Made by a program: the position numbers and the translations under genes. DNA of 64,000 nt, from NCBI GenBank assembly GCA_012517065.1, contig JAAYVR010000068.1:268-64267 (forward strand). The letters run 5' to 3'. This stretch comes from Verrucomicrobiota bacterium. Its GTDB lineage: Bacteria; Verrucomicrobiota; Verrucomicrobiia; Limisphaerales; J093. Each line of letters starts with the position of its first letter. Position 1 is the first letter of the stretch. Below are positions 1-9,263 of this stretch, piece by piece. The notes under the pieces were generated by a model. The model had not been told where the DNA came from. It worked only from the letters and a program-made list of their open reading frames with translations, and did no database searches.

Positions 1-190
1 GGCAATTTGCGGGCCGCGCCCCAATCAGGGGGCAAAACCCAAACTGCGAGCCTGTCACCTTATCCAGCTGGCTCCCAAAAATCGCACTGTTGGGACCGCC
101 TTACTGACGGCCAGAGAAGCCGATACAGAGAAGCTGAGCAAACTCGCGGCGTGAAAATCTTCTCAAACATGAATGATTCTTCAATATAGC
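1..190 (+). repeat. R1 dispersed intergenic repeat, 3' portion (modules iv-v), cut by the window start
   Basis: 1-75 aligns with 4561-4635 and with the reverse complement of 18405-18510 (ggcaaYttgcgggcc...gagcctgtcacYttatcc). 95-190 aligns with the reverse complement of 18290-18385, and both end in caatatag. Confidence 0.8.
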
Positions 191-393
191 AATATACTCT
201 GAGCAGTCTGTGAACCTGGTGTCTTCAAGAAACCAAGGCATATGCGGGCTCTGGGAAACCCGCGCCAAACCTGACAAATGGTGATATGCTCTAAAGTGTG
301 TCAGTAGTCGCGTTGCCGGAATTGGCTCCGGAAGTGAGCACGGGGCGCGGTTTGGAAATCGAGATTCTCTCGTCTGGGCGCGGGTTTTCTTGG

Positions 394-460
394 CCCCGAA
401 ATCTCCCCGCTTGACCGGCCAAAGACAACCAAAGCTTTCATTGCGGTGAGATTTCCGGGC
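394..460. repeat. Hairpin repeat H (imperfect copy)
   Basis: Left arm ccccgaaatctccccgc (394-410) and right arm gcggtgagatttccgggc (443-460) are inverted repeats with 2 mismatches. It belongs to the same family as 26758-26824 and 18191-18253. It lies directly downstream of the stop of the minus-strand gene ending at 491. Confidence 0.7.
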
Positions 461-490
461 TAGTGTTGCAACCAATCCCCGCACCCGGAC

Positions 491-3400
491 TCAATAGAAT
501 GCGCGGATTTTCATAGGTTTTTCTGCGGACTTCAGCCGGATCGTCGATTCATCCTTTCTCGATATTTGATTCCTCTTTCCCTCGAGTTCGAAACCCTGCA
601 AGGGCTTTGAATCCGGATGCCGCAGCCTGATCACAATGTTGCGCGGCGGGTTCCGCGTCGGAGGAACGACTGTCACATCCACATACCCACGTGCCAGATG
701 CGATTCAATTCTGTAACTCACCGGACCGAAGAACGTTGGCGCGTTGTCGATCTTCACCTGTTTACCATCCTCCAACCAGCGCGAAGGGACAAACGGCGCC
801 AGCCACAGTTCGTTCTCGCGCTCCTGCACAAACATTGTGCGCGTCTGATGGAGGAAATAGCCGGTTTCGTGGGTCTTGTCCCAGGCACCGCTGTGGTTGA
901 AATGCTCCCATAGTGTCAGCACCTCCTGGTTCAACAGTGAAGCAAGGCTGTTGAAATAACTGCGCAGGAACGGCTTCACGTCGTCGCGCATGGCGTAGAT
1001 TTCAGCGTTACGGCAATAATACGGTTGCACTTTTGAAAAGCCACCGAGGTTGAACCAATCCCGCTCGTTTTCCGCCGCCGGATAATCAAACCAACCGCTT
1101 TCGAGAAACGATACGTCTTCCATGTGTTCCATCATCAGGGTTGTTCTGGGCGACAAATGCGGCAGCACGCCGGTCGGCACCATCTGGTGTGCGCCGATCT
1201 CGACGTTGTACGCCCAGCTCCGGCCTGCGTCTTCGCCGGGGAACGATCGTGCGACCATGCCCGGCGTGTGCGCTTGTGCGGGATAGAAGGGCACCCAAAT
1301 TCCGTTTCTGAGCGGGACAACTGGCGCCTCTTTCGCGGTTGCTTCGAACGCGCGAAGTGTGGCATCGGCGAGTTGGCGGCTGGCGGAATCGAACACACGC
1401 GCATCAGGGTGGCTGATAGCGGCGAGCGCGTTGCCCAATTCGCGCAATCCGGCCGCGTAATACGCGCTCATGCAGAAATGTTGCGCGAACGCGTTCCAGT
1501 CGGCCAAAACGCCCGGTGGCATAAGGCCGAAACCGCGGACAGGCGCGCCTGAGGATGTGAAATGGCGTGTCTTTTCGATCTGCCGCAATGTCCAGTGGCC
1601 GACTCGTGAAAACTCAGAAACATTTGCTCGGAGCCAGTTCGTGTCATGTGTCAGGCGCCAATGCTCGCCCAATGTCCAGAGGTGCCAACCGGTGCCGAAG
1701 GTCGTGTAGCCGGTCGTCAGAAAACCATTTGTGTTGTAACGGTGAACGAAATATTCGAGCGAGCGCCGTGCAAAATCGCCGTGGCCGAGGTAATCCATTC
1801 CCCGGATGACCGAATGCGCCTCGCTTTCGAGCGGTCCGTAAGCCATTGCGGCAATCCAGGCCGCGACGCGTTCGCCTTTTGCCTCGCTTCGCGCGTCAAT
1901 CAAACACCGCACGCGCGACGAACGGATCACATCATCAAGAAATGGTTCCGGCGTCTTGATCTGTGTTGCCGAGTCAATAGCCGCGTTCCAGTAACGCTCG
2001 ACCTCGGAAAACAGTTCTGCAGGTGATGTGTCTGCCGGGATCGGTTGCCCTGCCAAGGACAGATACACCGTCACGGACAGATTCGTGCGCGGTCCAAGTT
2101 CGCCTTGGAAAACAAGGACGCCATCTGATGCACTGGCCTTGAGGCCCGGATTGCCCGAGTCGAAGGACACTGTGCCAATAATGTTCTGCTTGTCTTTCAC
2201 CAACCACGCGCCGGGCGCGGCACCGGCCAGCGCGATTTCAGCCGATTGGTTGGATTGGACATTGGCATGGAAAGAAATCCTCAGGTCCGTGTTGGTTCCT
2301 GCGGGTGCTGCGTTGCTCAGGGCAATCTGCACCACGCAAACAGACGGGCGATTGAGTCGGAACGGATTGCTGCCGGGCGCATCTGTCGGGGCGACAAATG
2401 TCCGCTGGACCAGTGTCAAAGGACCGGATTTTGTGGTAATGACCGGCACCGGCAACCAACCGCCGTCGAGCCTTCGCTCATGCGCCGCTTTCTCTTGGCC
2501 GATTAATCGCACGCGCATGCTTGCGGCTTTGCTCAACCAGTCCGAGCCGCTGGTTTGAAACGTGTGCCAGCGCAAATCTCCGTTCCTGTCCACGACGACC
2601 TTGGCGTTGTCGCATGCCAGTGAAAGCATTACAGGCCCTTCATTTTGCGCGAGATGGTGCGTTCTTGACATTGCTTGTTCCAGCGTTTGCTCCGGCATCG
2701 AGCGCACGCGTTCAAGGACCGTCTTCTGTCCTGCGACTTGCCAAAGGTATTCCTGCACAGTGGTAGGACGGTCAATCGAACAAACGAGCACGCCTGCAGA
2801 CGGCACATAAACCGCGCCTTTCGAAAGCACATCCTCGACGGCCACGCTCGTTGTTTCTTTGCCGCGGTGGATTCGCAAGGTTGTCAGCTCCGACAGCAAT
2901 GCCGACGGCCTGGCGTACCTCACAGTCACAGCCGTTTGCTTGAGCGATGCCAGCTTGCCGTTTTCTGGCGCAATCAGAAGGCCATCGATTACCTCGATCT
3001 CAGCCTTATTCGGCAGATTCGAGACCGCGCCTGTGCCCGTCGGTTTGCAGAGCTCCACTTGGAACACACCGGTGGTCCACCGCGATCGCGTGTAAACAAC
3101 AGGAGCTTTGCTCGTGACAACGTTCCCGCCCGCTGGAATCAACCATCTCACCTTCCATGTCCTGAGCAGGTTGCCCGAAGGCGATTTCACGGGCACAAGA
3201 AAACTCAACCGGTCGCCGTCGCGCTCGATCTCTCCCTCGAGATCGTGCCACCTGCCCTGCCAAAGCGATTCACCAAACCATGCTTGCACACGCACTTTGC
3301 CCTCAGCAGACAACGCCGCTCCGGACAACAGTTCAATCGACATCGACTTTATCACGCGGCGGTTGAGCCATTCCACCCCGATGCATGCAATGTTGTTGCT

Positions 3401-4141
3401 GCTGACCGGCAAGCGGTAAATACCTGCCCCATCAGGCTCAAGGTCTGTCGAGAGCATGAAATCTTCGGCTGGAAATTCTTCTATTCGGCTTGCGCGAGTG
3501 CCATCGTGACGATTTGGGTCGAAGGCCACCACTCGTCCGAACGGCACGATGTCCACCGGCGAATCGCTGCCGGCAATCGACTGGTCTGAAGGCGTGAGAC
3601 AGGCGTTGGCCCAGTTTGCCATGTCACAATCGATGCCGTCCCCGGCGTCGTGCGACTCGAGCCGCAGTTCTGACGCGCCTTCGACGTTTACACGCACCAA
3701 ACGGGCCGGATCAGTCGCTCGCATCACCCCGCTGTCGAACCGTTGTTCTCCATCGACAAAAACCCTGAAAACAACGCTGCCGTTGACGTTGCCGCAGGGC
3801 TGAAGTCCAACAAAGCTCTCGAATGCGGAAAACGCGCCATCCAGCATGATAGTGATTGTGCCTGACGCGTGATGCCCCAACCCCTTGTCGAAAAACCGAT
3901 CGCCTATTTGCAGAGGCGTGCCAGGGCGATCGGGCGCATGTGCGGCGGTGTTCAGGCCAAGCACACCCCATGCCTGCTGCGCAGTCACAATGAGCTCCGG
4001 ATGTTCCGAAATCTGAATTTGCCCCGAAACAGTCGCGCCGACACATAGAATTGCCGTGCACACGCTCGATACAGATACGACCTTGAAAGAACAGCCGCGA
4101 ACCACGGCAAAGAGGTCTGTGAGATATGGCATGTGGCGCAT
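491..4141 (-). CDS. Secreted NPCBM-domain protein with a large C-terminal glycoside-hydrolase-like (alpha/alpha-barrel-like) region
   Basis: 1216-aa ORF with a hydrophobic N-terminal signal-like segment. The NPCBM/NEW2-type motif run is KGLGHHASGTITIMLDG...GSVVFRVFVDGEQRFDSG...LRLESHDAGDGIDCDMANWANACL. The catalytic family of the remaining ~1000 aa was not identified. Confidence 0.8.
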   Translation of the reverse strand: MRHMPYLTDLFAVVRGCSFKVVSVSSVCTAILCVGATVSGQIQISEHPELIVTAQQAWGVLGLNTAAHAPDRPGTPLQIGDRFFDKGLGHHASGTITIMLDGAFSAFESFVGLQPCGNVNGSVVFRVFVDGEQRFDSGVMRATDPARLVRVNVEGASELRLESHDAGDGIDCDMANWANACLTPSDQSIAGSDSPVDIVPFGRVVAFDPNRHDGTRASRIEEFPAEDFMLSTDLEPDGAGIYRLPVSSNNIACIGVEWLNRRVIKSMSIELLSGAALSAEGKVRVQAWFGESLWQGRWHDLEGEIERDGDRLSFLVPVKSPSGNLLRTWKVRWLIPAGGNVVTSKAPVVYTRSRWTTGVFQVELCKPTGTGAVSNLPNKAEIEVIDGLLIAPENGKLASLKQTAVTVRYARPSALLSELTTLRIHRGKETTSVAVEDVLSKGAVYVPSAGVLVCSIDRPTTVQEYLWQVAGQKTVLERVRSMPEQTLEQAMSRTHHLAQNEGPVMLSLACDNAKVVVDRNGDLRWHTFQTSGSDWLSKAASMRVRLIGQEKAAHERRLDGGWLPVPVITTKSGPLTLVQRTFVAPTDAPGSNPFRLNRPSVCVVQIALSNAAPAGTNTDLRISFHANVQSNQSAEIALAGAAPGAWLVKDKQNIIGTVSFDSGNPGLKASASDGVLVFQGELGPRTNLSVTVYLSLAGQPIPADTSPAELFSEVERYWNAAIDSATQIKTPEPFLDDVIRSSRVRCLIDARSEAKGERVAAWIAAMAYGPLESEAHSVIRGMDYLGHGDFARRSLEYFVHRYNTNGFLTTGYTTFGTGWHLWTLGEHWRLTHDTNWLRANVSEFSRVGHWTLRQIEKTRHFTSSGAPVRGFGLMPPGVLADWNAFAQHFCMSAYYAAGLRELGNALAAISHPDARVFDSASRQLADATLRAFEATAKEAPVVPLRNGIWVPFYPAQAHTPGMVARSFPGEDAGRSWAYNVEIGAHQMVPTGVLPHLSPRTTLMMEHMEDVSFLESGWFDYPAAENERDWFNLGGFSKVQPYYCRNAEIYAMRDDVKPFLRSYFNSLASLLNQEVLTLWEHFNHSGAWDKTHETGYFLHQTRTMFVQERENELWLAPFVPSRWLEDGKQVKIDNAPTFFGPVSYRIESHLARGYVDVTVVPPTRNPPRNIVIRLRHPDSKPLQGFELEGKRNQISRKDESTIRLKSAEKPMKIRAFY

Positions 4142-4178
4142 TTGCCGTATTATCCCGCCATTGTCAAATCAAGATTAA

Positions 4179-4735
4179 CCCGCACATTTCCCAGCCCGGC
4201 GTAGCCGGAACCAAAGTGGCCTGACAGGCAGCGCCCCGGCTCCAGAGCCCCCTGTGGCTGTCAGCAACGCCAAGCTGGGAAATGTGCCCTGCGACTCCAT
4301 CGCAAGCAAAAGTGCTCTGATTAAGCCCCCACTGGATCGCGCCGCTGATCCCGAGGGTTTCTTACGCGCTGCCGCCGATGCAGTGGGCGTTGGTAGGCGC
4401 CAAGCGCTTGGAGTGCGGCAGCTTGCTGCCGCTTTGTTTCTATGCACAAACAACGTGCCTGGAACCAGATCGGCATGACGTAGAAAACTACGTGTCTGTC
4501 CCCATATCTGCGTCCGGGGCGTTCCTCGGCAGACTTCGGCAACCGCCGATCGGAACAAGGGGCAACTTGCGGGCCACGCCGCAATCAGGGGTCAAAACCC
4601 AAACAACGAGCCTGTCACTTTATCCAACTCACCCCCAAAGGCGGTGCTATTGTGACCAGAGCCCCCTGCGGCTGTCAGCCGCGCCGGTCTGCGAAATATT
4701 TGCTGCGACTCCATCCCTGAACAAAGCACAGCTAG
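4179..4735 (+). repeat. R1 dispersed intergenic repeat, long copy (modules i, ii, T, linker, iv, plus a second partial module ii)
   Basis: It starts at cccgcacatttccc, like the copies at 13606 and (reverse complement) 18901. The core 4377-4510 is about 92% identical, without indels, to 13777-13910. 4561-4635 matches 1-75. There is no coding-like ORF. Confidence 0.85.
4415..4441 (+). terminator. Intrinsic-terminator-like hairpin inside R1 core
   Basis: gcggcag-cttg-ctgccgc (7-bp GC stem, 4-nt loop) is followed by tttgtttct. It is conserved in all three R1 cores. Confidence 0.5.
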
Positions 4736-4840
4736 CGGCAAGTACACGTCAGGCAACATGGCATCGCATGCTTGGCAGGACTGAGGCGGAGCCCAGCTAG
4801 CTATCGAACGGAATCATACGAGGACCGGGACTGATGCGAA

Positions 4841-5455
4841 CTATCTGTTCGCGGGAGCGCGGGGACCAGAAAGGAACGGCCGGCGGAATCCGTTTGTGAC
4901 CGCGCATGTTGAAGGCAGCGACGCTGCTGCTGTTGTGCCATTGGCCACAAATCCATACGCCGGCGCACGTCTGTTGAACGCCGCACCATTGAGATTCCTC
5001 TGGCCGCCTGCAACAAAGTTCAGATCAGGCTTTTCCGCCGCGACGGCCGGCTGCGGAGCGGTTCGTGTCGCCAACCGGCTCGCATAGCCTTGCTGCATCC
5101 GACTGTTGCCAGCAGAGACGTAACCTTGTTGACCCGAGAAACCGTTGGCAGTTTGAACCGGAAGCTGCACTCCGCCGCTTGCAAAATACCTCGCCGCGAC
5201 CGCGTTCGCATCGCCCATAAACGTGCGCCGGGTAACACCGTAAATGCCCCGTCCACCACCGGCTTGAAAACCGCCGCCGTTGAACAAACCGCCCGCACCG
5301 CCAGCGGCCACGTTCACGCCGGGAACAACAGCGCCAGCCGCGTAGCCCCCGCCGGCGTACGCGCCGCTGTATGGCCCCGCACCAGGTGAGATCACGACCT
5401 GGGCCCTGATATTCGCGATCAACAAAGCAACGCATGTCAGCACAACCGCTCGCAT
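4841..5455 (-). CDS. Glycine-rich secreted hypothetical protein
   Basis: Internal ATG at 5455 gives MRAVVLTCVALLIANIRAQ (signal peptide), followed by G/A/Q/N-rich low-complexity sequence. The longer ORF to 5686 adds a non-signal Arg-rich extension, so the shorter start is preferred. Confidence 0.55.
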   Translation of the reverse strand: MRAVVLTCVALLIANIRAQVVISPGAGPYSGAYAGGGYAAGAVVPGVNVAAGGAGGLFNGGGFQAGGGRGIYGVTRRTFMGDANAVAARYFASGGVQLPVQTANGFSGQQGYVSAGNSRMQQGYASRLATRTAPQPAVAAEKPDLNFVAGGQRNLNGAAFNRRAPAYGFVANGTTAAASLPSTCAVTNGFRRPFLSGPRAPANR

Positions 5456-5553
5456 AATCGCTCTCGAATCTGATTCGAGAATGTATCTTGAACCAACACT
5501 GGTCAAGGCCGAGTTGGACAATCGTTTGATTGCGCCTGCATCGCGTTGTGCTG

Positions 5554-5748
5554 TCACTCGGTGGTGGGATCGCGACCTGCGGTGTCCCGCAACCTGGCTG
5601 CCGCGGATTTCCTCCGCCGCAGCACAGCCTGGCGCAACAGATACTCGATCTGACCGTTCACACTGCGCAACTCGTCCTGCGCCCACGCTTCAATCTCCTT
5701 CATGAGCGCGGGATCGATCCGCAGCAAAAACGCCTTTCGTTCCTCCAT
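5554..5748 (-). CDS. Ribbon-helix-helix (Arc/MetJ-like) DNA-binding protein
   Basis: 64 aa. [38 protein letters not shown] fits the beta-strand/helix/helix RHH pattern. It starts 9 nt after the SPFH gene stop. Confidence 0.6.
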   Translation of the reverse strand: MEERKAFLLRIDPALMKEIEAWAQDELRSVNGQIEYLLRQAVLRRRKSAAARLRDTAGRDPTTE

Positions 5749-5757
5749 TGCGCGTTA

Positions 5758-6774
5758 TCAGGAGTAAAGAGTGCCGGTGTTGATCACAGGATGAACTTCC
5801 GATTCACCGCACAACACAACCATGAGATTGCTCACCATCGAGGCTTTGCGTTCGTCGTCGAGGTCGAGAACTTTTCTTTCTGTCATTTCCTTGAGAGCCA
5901 TCTCAACCATGCTCACCGCGCCAAACACTATCTTTTTCCTTGCGGCGATGACCGCCTCTGCCTGTTGTCGCCGGAGCATTGCCTGTGCGATTTCCGGTGC
6001 GTATGCCAGATGCGTCAGCCGTGCTTCATCCACTGTCACGCCGGCTTTGATCAGTCGCTCCTGCAACTCGGTTCTGAGTGCGACCGAGACCTCCTCGACA
6101 TTGCTGCGCAGGGTGATCTCGTTTTCTTCGCCGTGATCATAAGCGTATGCCGAGGCAAGGTGTCGCAGGGCCGATTCGCTCTGCATCTCGATGTAATTCT
6201 CGTAATCATCCACGTCGAAGGTTGCCTGGGCGGTGTCTTGCACGCGCCAGACGACGACTGCGCCAATCTCGATGGGGTTCCCGCGTTTATCATTCACCTT
6301 GAGTCTTTCGATGTTGTGAGTGCGGGCGCGCAACGAGATTTTGTACCGTCCCATATGCCGTTTCCATTGTGCCGCGGCAGCGGCCCGCGATCCACCGGGT
6401 TTCCCGAGGGGCTCGGTGGTTTGAGCCGCCATGGCTGTGCGCGGGCCGTTCGAGTAAAACGGGTTGCCCCAATGAAACCCACTTTCACGCACCGTGCCCT
6501 TGTATTCGCCGAACAAGATCAGCACGCGCGCCTCATTTGGCTGCAACGTAAAGAACCCGGTCGTCATGATTATGTCCAATGGCAGCAGCAACATGCTGGC
6601 CAGAAACGGCGCCAGAAGCGGCCCTCCTCGTTGTCCGGCGGCGATCGAGTAAATGAGCAGGCCGATGGTGCCAAGATACAGCAGGATTATGACGAAGAGC
6701 ATGACCCAGCCGTTGTGGACCGACACGACTTTTTCGCGGCTTGGCGCGATCTGGATTTGATTCGTTTTGTTCAT
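5758..6774 (-). CDS. SPFH/band-7 (stomatin/prohibitin-like) membrane protein
   Basis: 338 aa with two N-terminal TM segments. The typical SPFH core and C-terminal coiled region is [31 protein letters not shown]. Confidence 0.85.
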   Translation of the reverse strand: MNKTNQIQIAPSREKVVSVHNGWVMLFVIILLYLGTIGLLIYSIAAGQRGGPLLAPFLASMLLLPLDIIMTTGFFTLQPNEARVLILFGEYKGTVRESGFHWGNPFYSNGPRTAMAAQTTEPLGKPGGSRAAAAAQWKRHMGRYKISLRARTHNIERLKVNDKRGNPIEIGAVVVWRVQDTAQATFDVDDYENYIEMQSESALRHLASAYAYDHGEENEITLRSNVEEVSVALRTELQERLIKAGVTVDEARLTHLAYAPEIAQAMLRRQQAEAVIAARKKIVFGAVSMVEMALKEMTERKVLDLDDERKASMVSNLMVVLCGESEVHPVINTGTLYS

Positions 6775-6801
6775 TTGACTAGATAGCTTTGTTATAGCTT
6801 A

Positions 6802-7662
6802 GTGATATCATACTCGTTGGGTCGAGATTGTCAATGCCTGTCTTCACCATTTTGTCTTGGGCACGGAATCCGGAATGCAGGTTTCACGCTCTGCCCTGGG
6901 CACAGTTTCACGAACGCCGGGGTCCACCGGTGGCACGCCGCTGTTATGACAGAAGCTGTGAACATTTCCGCGCACACGCAGCGAATGGGATTTGTGGCGT
7001 TCTGTCCCGACTCGACGCACGTAATTGACCTGCCAATTGGTTTGTGCCCGATCGGATTGATGACATGGAATAACATGCGCGCACTTGATTTTCTCCAGTC
7101 GCTTGAAGATGTGGACCCTGAACGGCTGGGTTGTACCGGTGGGTCTGGCGGCGGGCAACAGGCATTGTATCTGGCCGCCCTTGACAGCCGCGTTAAGGCA
7201 ATTGTGCCCGCCGTGCTGGTCTCGTGGTTCAGACGAATTCTTTTTGTCAGCGAGCAGACGCACTGTTTCTGCAACCACGCCCCCGGTATTGCGCGCCTCA
7301 CGGACGAACCCGAGTTGGCAGGGCTCTTCGCGCCGCGCCCGGCCCTGTTCATCTGTGCCACCGGCGACTGGACACGCGATTTCCCGAAGGAAGAGTTTCC
7401 TGAGATCAAGCACATCTGCCAGTTGGTGGGCGGAGAGGTCAGTTGCGTTCAATTCGACAAGCCACACAACTATGACCGCGACAGCCGCGAGCAGATGTAC
7501 GCCTAGATGAACAAGCATCTCCTCAACGCGCGCGGACCGGATTCATTCGTCGGGGAAATTCAGACGATCCGACCTTGCCCAGGCCGAGTTCGAGCAGGAG
7601 CTGATTGGCTGGGCCAAAGGAGAACGGCGCTGATCGGCTGCATTGAGTTTCAAACAGAATGA
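6802..7662 (+). pseudogene. Decayed alpha/beta-hydrolase (acetylxylan-esterase/dienelactone-hydrolase-like) gene
   Basis: The nucleophile elbow GCTGGSGGGQQALY and a C-terminal HNYDRDSRE region are present. Only ~110 poorly conserved residues precede the elbow and no credible N-terminus exists. An in-frame TAG at 7504-7506 is followed by 51 more open codons (MNKHLLN...). Confidence 0.5.
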
Positions 7663-7714
7663 ATATTGTGCCAGGCGCGTTGTGCCGGGCCATCGTTTCA
7701 GCGAGATTTCCGGG

Positions 7715-8596
7715 CTAATGCGCTCGCCGCAGGCCGCGCTCAACCAAGAACCGCACAAAGTCCGCCGGCCGATCTGTCTGATACCCGTCGGCGAGCAAAG
7801 AAATCGTATTATCCCAGAAGGAGGTGTCTTCCTTCGGCCCTTGGATATCGGGCCAAACGGCTAGCCCGCACTTCTGCGCTTCGCGAACCAAAGCCGGTGT
7901 GTAGAGCGCAACCGGCCCATCCAGAATATCTACTTGCAGGCGCGCCTTGAGCGTTGGCAGTGACTCTGCCGATAGATCCTCCGGTTTGGGAGACATCATG
8001 GTCCGCAAGGCCGGTTCGAGTATCTTCCACAGGCGAAGCGCGTCGCGCTGGTCATAAACGACGGTGGAACTTACCATCCGGTAATCTCGCAGCAACTGCA
8101 CCACCTTCGCACGGTCGCCGCTCTTGAAGTCTAGATAAAGCCCGGCTTTGTCCTGCAGCGCGGCCAGCGCCTCGGTTAGGCGCGGCACTTTGGACGGCTG
8201 CAGGTGTGGCCTCTGGCGGTCCACCAAATGAAGACGCGCGATTTCGGCGATGGTCAACTCCTCGACACGCCCATGCCCGTCTGTAGTGCGGTCCACGGTT
8301 GCGTCGTGCATCAGCACCAACTCGCTATCCCGCGTGGCGCGGACATCGAGCTCGATGTAATCCGCTCCTGCATGGTGAATCGCGCGCTTGATGGCTTCGA
8401 TGGAGTTCTCATGAGCTGCCGTGTGATCGCCGCGGTGCGCCACGACGATCGGCCTCGGCGCGGCACGGCCTCGCCCCAAAGATTCAGTCGTGGAACTTCC
8501 GTCATCCTGTTTCCTGTCAAACGCCAAAGCCGCGAAGACAGTTGCGAGCACCGCTGTGGCGGTAGCAATGGTTTCTAGAGGGGATCGCCCGTTCAT
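7715..8596 (-). CDS. Glycerophosphodiester phosphodiesterase (GDPD) family protein
   Basis: 293 aa with an N-terminal TM/signal segment. GDPD motifs are VVAHRGD...ENSIEAIKRAI..GADYIELDVRATRDSELVLMHD. Confidence 0.85.
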   Translation of the reverse strand: MNGRSPLETIATATAVLATVFAALAFDRKQDDGSSTTESLGRGRAAPRPIVVAHRGDHTAAHENSIEAIKRAIHHAGADYIELDVRATRDSELVLMHDATVDRTTDGHGRVEELTIAEIARLHLVDRQRPHLQPSKVPRLTEALAALQDKAGLYLDFKSGDRAKVVQLLRDYRMVSSTVVYDQRDALRLWKILEPALRTMMSPKPEDLSAESLPTLKARLQVDILDGPVALYTPALVREAQKCGLAVWPDIQGPKEDTSFWDNTISLLADGYQTDRPADFVRFLVERGLRRAH

Positions 8597-8670
8597 GCCG
8601 TTGCCAAGCTACACCAGCTCGCCGGCGAAAGTGAACAGTGAAGATAAGGCTGCAGAACAGCCAATCTCGA

Positions 8671-8957
8671 GACCGGTTTCGATAATGCAAATCCAGCGCC
8701 CCACCGTTGACCTGCTGGGGGGCAGAACCACGTGCCTGTCCCCATATCGCATTACCGGCCCCATCAATCCGACGACCGATCTTGCACCGGTTTCGAACAC
8801 CCAGATTCGGGGTGCTACCGTTGACGGGTTGGCGGCGCCGAAACTATGTGTCTGTCCCCATATCGCTCCATTGGATCAATCTTGTTGTGGCGCAGCTTCT
8901 TGACCGCGGATGGCACGGATGACACGGATACGCAAACTATGTGCCTGTCCCCATATG
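8671..8957 (+). repeat. R2 repeat cluster carrying three CCCCATATC boxes
   Basis: ggtttcgat.atgcaaatccagcgccccaccgttgacc...cgtgcctgtccccatatc (boxes ending near 8750, 8866 and 8957). It is related to the 147-bp array and its terminal module at 24960-25113. Confidence 0.75.
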
Positions 8958-9103
8958 CTTCTAAAATCTCAGCGCTCGCGGGCGGCCGAGTGCGGCCAAG
9001 AATAAGCCAACTGGGGCAAACAAACGGTTTGATTTTGACCCGGGGCGTGCTAAAAGAGTGGTTCCGACAGACAACATTGAATAGAAAACTTTTGTAATCG
9101 TTT

Positions 9104-9256
9104 ATGTCACAACATAGAAGTCTGCGTGCGGCGGCTGTTTTGGGCGCCAAACGAAATGTGCTGAAACGGTATGAGCGGGTTGAATTGCTCAAGAAGCGCG
9201 GGCAATGGAAAGAAGGCAATCGAGTGACTGGTTTGCCCAAGACGAAGGCCACGTAA
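9104..9256 (+). CDS. Small basic protein (50 aa), below the ORF-track length cutoff
   Basis: ATG at 9104 and TAA at 9254. The product is MSQHRSLRAAAVLGAKRNVLKRYERVELLKKRGQWKEGNRVTGLPKTKAT, with 14 of 50 residues K/R. It ends 7 nt before the pseudouridine synthase start. From memory, it resembles the conserved PVC 'small basic protein' family. Confidence 0.55.
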   Translation: MSQHRSLRAAAVLGAKRNVLKRYERVELLKKRGQWKEGNRVTGLPKTKAT

Positions 9257-9263
9257 CGCGGCG

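Noticed and set aside
101-484. 127-aa minus-strand ORF sharing 'ARKSHRNE' with ORF 26593-26865
   Set aside because: The shared peptide is simply the translation of hairpin repeat H (cggtgagatttccggg). The rest of the two ORFs is unrelated.
5530-6786. 418-aa plus-strand ORF
   Set aside because: It is exactly antisense to the well-supported SPFH and RHH genes. It has no recognisable motif and is His/Arg/Cys-rich junk typical of the mirror frame in GC-rich DNA.
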